A stretch of 64,000 bases of DNA. It comes from Gemmatimonadota bacterium. Its GTDB lineage: Bacteria; Gemmatimonadota; Gemmatimonadetes; Gemmatimonadales; GWC2-71-9. How positions within the stretch are numbered: position 1 is the stretch's first letter; the number at the start of each line of letters is the position of its first letter. The notes beneath the pieces are model-generated. The model was not told where the DNA came from and did not search any database. It saw only the letters and a program-made list of their open reading frames with translations. The DNA lies in the NCBI GenBank assembly GCA_039591615.1, contig JBDHDH010000011.1:860-64859 (forward strand). Direction: 5' to 3'. A program made the position numbers and the translations under genes. This document shows, piece by piece, positions 19,997 through 26,642 of this stretch.

Positions 19997-20818
19997 TCAC
20001 TTCAGAGAACGCATCCGCAGGTGTGTGAGACTGGGGAGGCGTTTTCTCGCATCAGCCAGGACATCGAAGTCGAGATCACAGACGACGAGTCCCGGGCCGT
20101 CCTGGCACTGGGCCAAGACCTGCCCCCACGGTCCGACGATCATCGTGCGACCGAAGCTCACCCGCCCCGCACCATGCTCCCCCGACTGGGCCGGTGCCAC
20201 AACGTAGCACAAGTTTTCGATCGCGCGTGCCCGGAGCAGCACTTCCCAGTGGTCGCGGCCGGTCTCACGGGTGAACGCGGATGGAACGAAGAGTACCTCC
20301 GCACCTCGGAGTGCGAGGGCGCGATAGAGCTCTGGGAAGCGCAGGTCATAGCAGATCGTAATACCCATCGTATGACCCAGCAGGTCGGCCGTCACGAGGT
20401 CCGTCCCGCTCTCGACGTACCGGGATTCCCGAAATGTGTTCTCTTGGTCGATCTCGACGTCGAAGAGATGCATCTTGTCGTATCGGGCGACCAAGCCCCC
20501 AGCGCCGCCGAACACGACGCAGCTATTAGTGACCTTGGTCCCGCCGGCGCACCTTAGTGGCACGCTCCCTCCCACGACCGCGACGCCGTGTCGTGCAGCG
20601 AACGATTTCAGAAACCGAATGCTGGGCCCGGAATCCGCTTCCTCGGCGTATTTCACCTTGTCGCCGTCGCGGCCGAGGAAGGAAAAGTTCTCCGGAAGCG
20701 CGAGAAGCTGCGCTCCACGCTCCACCGCCTGCGTCATGAGTCGGTCGGCGCACGCCAGATTTCGTTCGCGATCCTGTGTCGAGGAGAGCTGGATGGCAGC
20801 GGTGCGGACGGAGTTCAT
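19997..20818 (-). CDS. Carbon-nitrogen hydrolase (nitrilase superfamily, omega-amidase-like)
   Basis: Glu-Lys-Cys triad context: LPENF, YDKMHLF, ICYDLRFPE. Confidence 0.85.
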   Translation of the reverse strand: MNSVRTAAIQLSSTQDRERNLACADRLMTQAVERGAQLLALPENFSFLGRDGDKVKYAEEADSGPSIRFLKSFAARHGVAVVGGSVPLRCAGGTKVTNSCVVFGGAGGLVARYDKMHLFDVEIDQENTFRESRYVESGTDLVTADLLGHTMGITICYDLRFPELYRALALRGAEVLFVPSAFTRETGRDHWEVLLRARAIENLCYVVAPAQSGEHGAGRVSFGRTMIVGPWGQVLAQCQDGPGLVVCDLDFDVLADARKRLPSLTHLRMRSLK

Positions 20819-21024
20819 GGCGAAAGGATACTACTGCACCGACGGTCGGCAAGCAGGGTCGATTCAGTGCGTCCGTCCGGAATGCCAATCAGCGCGGGAC
20901 CAGGAATACGATCACCTGTGAGGCATCAATCGGCGGAAGTTGTGATCGCCGCTCGAGCATGCGAGAGAGGTTGGCCTCCCCCCTCCATGTGCGGAGAGGG
21001 GAAACCGCTGCTGAATGAGGTGTG

Positions 21025-21744
21025 TTATCGCTTCGGCGTGATCACCAGTGATTCGATTGCCGAATCGCCCATCGTCGCGTGGTCGTGCGCTTCTGTGGCT
21101 TCGACCCAGAAGACTTGCCCGTCCTCATAGATCACGCGGGTTTCCTCACCGGCCTCGCGATACACGGTGGTGCCACCGTTCAAGATGACACCGAGCTGGC
21201 TGCCCGTGTGGGAATGCTCTCCTACCCACTGACCAGGCGTGCCGACGAGGCGCTGGACGATCACGTGATCGTTCTCGAACACCACGCTGGCCGGCGCGGC
21301 CGGATACGCCTGAGGAGTGGCCATCCCCCCGGCGAGTTGCTTCATCGTGACGAGGACTACCTCCACGGGGCCACCCTTGGCGGCATGATCGTGGGCGGCA
21401 GCGGCGTCGACCCAGTAGACCTGACCATCCTCGTAGGTGACGTCACGGTCAGCACCATCTTCGCGGTAGGTCAGCGTGCCACCCTTCAACGCGATCGCCA
21501 GCTGATTCCCGGCATGGGAGTGCTCGCCCGCCCACTGCGCCGGTTCTGCGACGACCGTCTGGACAACCATCCGATCGTTCTCCAACACCGTGGGGGCGGC
21601 CGCATTCGGGTATTCCTGGGCAACACCCATCGCGATGTCTCCTGCGGCCCGCGATGTCTCCTCCGCTGCTCGCTCGCCCTGGCCACACGCGCCTCCTGCA
21701 AGGACGAGTGCGACGAGCGCGGGCATGAATCGCCGAGTGGTCAT
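21025..21744 (-). CDS. Bicupin lipoprotein (two tandem cupin domains)
   Basis: Lipobox LAGGACG. Two about 90-aa repeats each carry W.GEHSH.G.QL....G and AHDH. GGAGG RBS. Confidence 0.65.
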   Translation of the reverse strand: MTTRRFMPALVALVLAGGACGQGERAAEETSRAAGDIAMGVAQEYPNAAAPTVLENDRMVVQTVVAEPAQWAGEHSHAGNQLAIALKGGTLTYREDGADRDVTYEDGQVYWVDAAAAHDHAAKGGPVEVVLVTMKQLAGGMATPQAYPAAPASVVFENDHVIVQRLVGTPGQWVGEHSHTGSQLGVILNGGTTVYREAGEETRVIYEDGQVFWVEATEAHDHATMGDSAIESLVITPKR

Positions 21745-21989
21745 GGGAAAGCCTCCACGTAGAAGATCTGTTGACGGAATGCTCCGTGTGGACAACTTCT
21801 GGTTTCAACCCTGAAACATACCGCTCGGAAACGTCAGGCCGCAATCTCCCCTGCCCGCGTGCGCCGCGCATTCATGAACAGACTGAAAGGGGATGAACAG
21901 ACCTCGCACCCGACCACCGTGGATCCGGCAGCCTGCGGTTCCCCGAGACGTCGCATAACTTCGCCATTAGCGATATTGTAGCACCCTCA

Positions 21990-23561
21990 ATGGTATCCCG
22001 ATCCCCCGACCAGACATTACGGGCACATGGGCTCCCAGCTCGTCCAGACCTGGCCACTGGGCTCATCCTGAGTCTGGTCGCAGTGAAGCTCGGCCTGCAT
22101 ATCGTGACGAGCCTCGTCACCCCGTACGAGATCCATCGCGACGCGTTTCTCTATTTCGCAATGGGCGAGCACCTCTCCCTCTTCCAGATGGACTTCCCCC
22201 CCGCCATCGCCCTGCTCGCCGAACTCGTCCGCGGGTTGCTGGGCGACTCGTTGTTCGCCATCCGCCTGGTGCCCGCAACGTTCGGCACGGCAACGGTGGT
22301 GCTCGCCGTCCTCATCGCCCGTGAGTTGGGTGGAGGTCGTTTCGCACAGGGGATGGCCGCCGTATGCGTGCTCGCCAACCCCCTCTTTCTCCGGAGCAGC
22401 GTGCTCTTCCAACCCGTGGTGCTGGATCAATTCGCTTGGACGTTGGGCTTCTACGCGCTCGCACGCCTCTCGCGCACGGACGACGTCCGATGGTGGATCG
22501 CGCTAGGGGTAGCCACAGGGTTCGGACTGCTGGCCAAGTTCACCATTGGCGTGTTCGGCGTGGCCGTGGTGGTAGCCCTCGTGCTGACCCGTGGCTTCAC
22601 ATGGTTACGTGACCGCGGCCCGTGGCTGGCGCTCGCGCTCGCTGTCATCATCGGAAGTCCGAGCATCATAGGACAGATCGGGTTGGAGCTCCCGGTCTTG
22701 AGCTACATGGCCGACCTACGGGAAGCACAGTTGGTGCGGGTATCGGCCGTGGACTTCATCACGGGGCAAGTCACGCTCGGGCCCACCAGTCTCCTCGCCG
22801 CAGCGGGCGTGATCTTTCTTCTGATCGGTCGCGTAATGCGGCCGTTCCGTTCGCTCGGCTGGGCAGCAACTTTCGCCTTTGTTCTCTTTCTGGTGCTCGG
22901 TGCCAAAGACTATTACCTGGCTCCAGTCTACCCCATGGCGTACGCTGGAGGTACGGTGCTGCTCCAGCAGTGGTCGCGCCCACGTCTTGCAACCGCTTTT
23001 CGCTGGGCGGCACTCGCTCTCGTGGTGGCGTTCGGCATCGTCACGCTGCCGCTCGGCCTACCGATACTCTCTCCCCCGGCGATGGCGACCTACACCGCGC
23101 GGATCGCCGGGGAGTCGGCCGTCACTACCAACGTGGGAGCCGTCGAGCGTCTCCCCCAAGACTATGCGGATATGTTGGGATGGCGGGACATGGTCGAAGC
23201 GGTGAGCGACGTGTACCATGCCCTGCCACCGAACGACCGGGCGCGCGCGGTGTTGTGGGCCTCCAACTATGGCGAGGCGGGAGCCATCGACTTCTATGGT
23301 CCCCGTTACGACCTCCCGCGGGCCATCGCTTTCGTCGGGACCTACTGGTACTACGGACCCGGCGACGAGCCGGGAGACGTCACCATCGCCATCGGGTTCA
23401 CGCGTGAGTCCGTGGCCCGACGGTTCGCGGTCGTCGACTCCGCGATGACAGTGGGTCACGCATACGCCGTTGAAGAGCAACGCGACCAGACGATCTTCGT
23501 CGCCCGCGGACCCCATCGCACGTTCCAGGAGCTGTGGCCTGAATGGAAGGGTAGAAACTAA
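21990..23561 (+). CDS. GT39/ArnT-like glycosyltransferase (PMT_2 family)
   Basis: Polytopic N-terminal half with about 10 or more TM segments and a soluble C-terminal domain ending ...ELWPEWKGRN, as in family-39 glycosyltransferases. Confidence 0.7.
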   Translation: MVSRSPDQTLRAHGLPARPDLATGLILSLVAVKLGLHIVTSLVTPYEIHRDAFLYFAMGEHLSLFQMDFPPAIALLAELVRGLLGDSLFAIRLVPATFGTATVVLAVLIARELGGGRFAQGMAAVCVLANPLFLRSSVLFQPVVLDQFAWTLGFYALARLSRTDDVRWWIALGVATGFGLLAKFTIGVFGVAVVVALVLTRGFTWLRDRGPWLALALAVIIGSPSIIGQIGLELPVLSYMADLREAQLVRVSAVDFITGQVTLGPTSLLAAAGVIFLLIGRVMRPFRSLGWAATFAFVLFLVLGAKDYYLAPVYPMAYAGGTVLLQQWSRPRLATAFRWAALALVVAFGIVTLPLGLPILSPPAMATYTARIAGESAVTTNVGAVERLPQDYADMLGWRDMVEAVSDVYHALPPNDRARAVLWASNYGEAGAIDFYGPRYDLPRAIAFVGTYWYYGPGDEPGDVTIAIGFTRESVARRFAVVDSAMTVGHAYAVEEQRDQTIFVARGPHRTFQELWPEWKGRN

Positions 23562-23596
23562 GAAAGGGAACCAGACCGGGCCGAAAGACCAGCGCG

Positions 23597-24310
23597 ATGG
23601 GCGATTGCGCCGACAGCGACACCATTCGTCGCGACATTCTCTCCAAGGAAGAAATGGGGAAACTGCTTCCCGCATCCGGTGCGGACGAGAACTCCATCAT
23701 CGTGCTCTATGGCGACAGCAACAATTGTTCGCTGCCTGGGCCTTCTGGCAACTCAAGGTCTACGGCCACAAGGACGTCAGGCTGATGGACGGCGGCCGCA
23801 AGAAGTGGGAACAGGAAGGCCGCCCTATGACCACGGCAAAACCTTTCCGTCGCCAAAAAGCAGTATCGGGCACAACAAGCAGACCTCTCGCTGCGGGCGT
23901 TTCTCCCGGAGATTCAGGAACTAGCTGCGAGGAAGCAGATTGAGCTCGTGGACGTGCGCAGTCCTCAGGAGTATTCGGGCGAAATTCTGGCGCCGCCGGG
24001 ACTGCCAGAGACGTGTCAGCGAGGTGGCCACATCCCCGGCGCATCCAACATCCCGTGGGCGAAGGCGGTCAACGACGCTGACGGGACATTCAAGAACGCC
24101 GACAAGTTGCGGGAGATTTATGCAGAAGCTGGGATCACCGGAAACAAGCCCATCATTGCGTACTGCCGGATCGGTGAACGAAGCAGCCCTTCGTGGTTCG
24201 TACTCAAGTATCTTCTCGGGTATGAGAGCGTGAAGAACTACGATGGCTCGTGGACGGAGTGGGGCAACCTCGTAGGCGCTCCCATTGCCACGGGCCCCAA
24301 CCCCGACTAG
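23597..24310 (+). pseudogene. Thiosulfate sulfurtransferase (two-domain rhodanese, CysA/SseA-like) pseudogene: 5' truncated with two frameshifts
   Basis: The sequence follows mycobacterial CysA-type rhodanese across three frame segments. Segment 1: RRDILSKEEMGKLL..IIVLYGDSNN. Segment 2 (shift at 23723-23727): [36 protein letters not shown]. Segment 3 (shift near 23841-23850): ...[21 protein letters not shown]...[10 protein letters not shown]...DGSWTEWG. About 50 N-terminal residues are missing. Confidence 0.75.
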
Positions 24311-24391
24311 CACCCTCACAGGCTACTCCACCCGCCGCACAACGGCTGCCGGCGCAGCCAAGCAGCCAAGACCGAATCGGGAGATCTCGGG

Positions 24392-24934
24392 ATGGTCGAT
24401 CTCGTGAATGTACCTCTGGCAGACGGCAGCGACCCAGCGACTCCCGAAGATCTCCTCCATCGGTTGAAACACCTCGGTATCGAGACCCAAACCGTCTCGC
24501 ACCAACCGGTCTTCACCGTTCAGGAGGCCAGACTCCTCCGAGGCGACATCGCCGGCGCCCACACCAAGAACCTGTTTCTCAGGGACAAGAAAGGCGCCAT
24601 GTGGCTGGTGGTATGCTTGGAGGACCGAGCGGTCGATCTGAAAGATCTCGCTCACCGGCTGGGCAGCGGACGCCTTTCGTTCGGCAGCGCGGAACGTCTG
24701 CGGAAGTACCTGGGCGTTCGACCCGGCGCCGTCACGCCGTTCGCCATCGTCAATGACCATGAGAACGCCGTGCGCGTCGCGATCGACAAGGACGTCCTCG
24801 CGCGGCATCCACTGAACTTCCACCCGTTAGACAACGCGATGACGACTTCGATCCGTGCCGGTGACCTGCTGCGGTTCCTAGTGGAAGAACATCACGCGCC
24901 GGAGGTGATTGATTTCGAAAAGCGAACGAGCTGA
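24392..24934 (+). CDS. Prolyl-tRNA synthetase-associated (YbaK/ProX-type) trans-editing domain protein
   Basis: HTKNLFLRDKKG, GVRPGAVTPFA and NFHPL motifs typical of ProX/YbaK-like deacylases. Confidence 0.75.
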   Translation: MVDLVNVPLADGSDPATPEDLLHRLKHLGIETQTVSHQPVFTVQEARLLRGDIAGAHTKNLFLRDKKGAMWLVVCLEDRAVDLKDLAHRLGSGRLSFGSAERLRKYLGVRPGAVTPFAIVNDHENAVRVAIDKDVLARHPLNFHPLDNAMTTSIRAGDLLRFLVEEHHAPEVIDFEKRTS

Positions 24935-24997
24935 CGAACCAGCGGAAGGTCACTCGACAATGTGCCGAGGCGATACGACGCCCGGGAAGAGCCCATG

Positions 24998-25420
24998 CTA
25001 CCCTGGCGCTTTGCTCCCCCGCGCGTTCGTCAGATGCTCCTTGAGCGTTGACGACGACATGTGCCGGAAGTCGAGCATGTTCCGACTGTAACACACCTCG
25101 CCGGATTCCGCACGAAACCTGGTGTGCAGCCCGCCCTGCACCCGTCCTGAGCGTCCGACGCTGCGCTTGCGATAACCCACGTACCACACGTCGCCGTCGT
25201 CCACGAGCACGCGCTCGGCGTCGCAAAAAGCGTCCTTGAGATTATCCACGGTCATCGCCCGGGGGCGACCGATCACGGGCTCGGAGCTGCGGAGCCGAAC
25301 GTCTCCGCTGGTGAAGATGAGGCGCCACGCCCCATCGGGCAGCGGCAGAGCCTTGATACGCCACGCGTGGCCGAACCGATCCGTGTAACTGAGGGGGCCC
25401 GGCCCTCCGTTGCGTGGCAT
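24998..25420 (-). CDS. Hypothetical protein
   Basis: ORF with coding-like composition from MPRNGGPGPLSY. No recognisable family or clear RBS. Confidence 0.35.
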   Translation of the reverse strand: MPRNGGPGPLSYTDRFGHAWRIKALPLPDGAWRLIFTSGDVRLRSSEPVIGRPRAMTVDNLKDAFCDAERVLVDDGDVWYVGYRKRSVGRSGRVQGGLHTRFRAESGEVCYSRNMLDFRHMSSSTLKEHLTNARGSKAPG

Positions 25421-25648
25421 TAGGGCCCGTACCGCAAGGTGACCAGGCCTCGGATACGACCATAGGACAAAACCACCGCGCTCACGTGATCTCCGGCCCG
25501 TACTGTGATTCCGGACGCACCGCATCTTCGCCGCCGAACGGAAGCAGCACGGTGTGCCAGCTCTCGAAGAACATTCGGAACGGAGTGGTCGGCAGAACAT
25601 CGCACCGTTCTCCGCGGCCGATGGCATCATGAGTACCCACGTGCGTAC

Positions 25649-25843
25649 CTACTGCCGTCGCCGACCGAATCGGCGGCGGCGGCGCGCAGCGGCTTGGGCC
25701 TTCTTTCGCTTCGCCTCGCTGGGCTTCATGTAGAAGCGCTTGCGACGCAGATCCTTGAGGACCCCAGACCGCTGGACCTTGCGGCGGAACGTCTTGATAG
25801 CCCATTCCACGCGATCATTCTCACCGAGGATGATCTCGGTCAT
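25649..25843 (-). CDS. rpsU: 30S ribosomal protein S21 (copy 1)
   Basis: MTEIILGENDRVEWAIKTFRRKVQRSGVLKDLRRKRFYMKPSEAKRKK with a basic tail. GGAGG RBS. Confidence 0.9.
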   Translation of the reverse strand: MTEIILGENDRVEWAIKTFRRKVQRSGVLKDLRRKRFYMKPSEAKRKKAQAAARRRRRFGRRRQ

Positions 25844-25881
25844 CGTTCCTCCAATCGGTTTGTTGCATTTCAAATGCAAAC

Positions 25882-25908
25882 GGGGCCACCCCGGAAGGGG
25901 CTGACCCC
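25882..25908 (-). terminator. GC-rich hairpin between csp and rpsU (copy 1), a terminator or processing site
   Basis: Sense RNA is GGGGUCAGCCCCUUCCGGGGUGGCCCC followed by GUUUGCAUUU. An analogous hairpin sits at 32538-32566 in copy 2. Confidence 0.4.
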
Positions 25909-25939
25909 GCCTTGCACTCAGTGTTTGGGCGTGATCGGC

Positions 25940-26152
25940 TTACGCAGAAACCACACTGACGTTTTGGGCTGCCGGGCCTTTCTGGCCCTGCACGACGTCA
26001 AACTCCACCTGCTCCCCCTCGCGCAGCGACTTGAAGCCTGCGCCGCTGATGGCGGAGTGATGCACGAAGACGTCCTTCTCACCGTCCTCCCGCGTGATGA
26101 AGCCGAAGCCCTTCTGATCGTTGAACCACTTCACGGTTCCTCGGGTACGCAT
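25940..26152 (-). CDS. csp: Cold-shock protein, CspA family (copy 1)
   Basis: [35 protein letters not shown] contains the RNP1/RNP2 motifs. AAGGAG RBS. Confidence 0.95.
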   Translation of the reverse strand: MRTRGTVKWFNDQKGFGFITREDGEKDVFVHHSAISGAGFKSLREGEQVEFDVVQGQKGPAAQNVSVVSA

Positions 26153-26345
26153 TCCGTACTCCTTTTGGTGTTGTGATGTTCGTCGGAGTCCGGTCGTACC
26201 GTACAAGCCGATCGCCCATCGTTTTCCGCGGTATCGTGGCCCCCGCGTCGGGCTGCCGCCTCAGGCGGCGTTTGAGGCATAAAAAAGAAGGCCCGCGTCG
26301 CTGCCAGGCCCTCTCGCCATATCACTGGTACTGTGGCGCGCCTAG
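26153..26345 (-). promoter_or_regulatory. Conserved structured 5' leader of csp (copy 1)
   Basis: Blocks identical to copy 2 (sense): CCGACGAACAUCAC and CAGCCCGACGCGGGGGC. It also has a GCCGCC/GGCGGC hairpin and a hairpin plus U6 tract at 26279-26315. Confidence 0.6.
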
Positions 26346-26569
26346 CGGGGCGCACCGAAACGCTGGTCCAATATAGCCGCGAGCCGCGCCTGGCGGTAGC
26401 CTGTTGGGGAGATCGGGATTGAACCACGTTATCGCCGACCCTGGACCACTGGGCTCGCCTCGACCGGACCTCGCGTGTGGGGCGACATCCACGTCCAGCG
26501 GGACCTCCGCGTGATCCACCAACACCCGGTCCCCGCGCCCAGAGCTCCGGATACCCCCGAACCAAACCC

Positions 26570-26609
26570 CGAAACCCGCGAGCCGACTTGGGGCTCGGGA
26601 CGGTGGCCG
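26570..26609 (-). terminator. Putative terminator of the coiled-coil gene
   Basis: Sense CCCGAGCC-CCAAGUC-GGCUCG(C)GGG followed by UUUCGGGGUUUGGUU, about 35 nt after the stop. Confidence 0.45.
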
Positions 26610-26642
26610 CCGAGATGCGCGTTCGCTGCGTTTGGGCGACCT

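Noticed and set aside
26395-26450. tRNA-like T-loop string (GGTTCAATCCC on the minus strand, with ...CCGCCA nearby)
   Set aside because: I could not fold a T stem or any other cloverleaf arm around it, so it is probably chance similarity inside the region upstream of csp.
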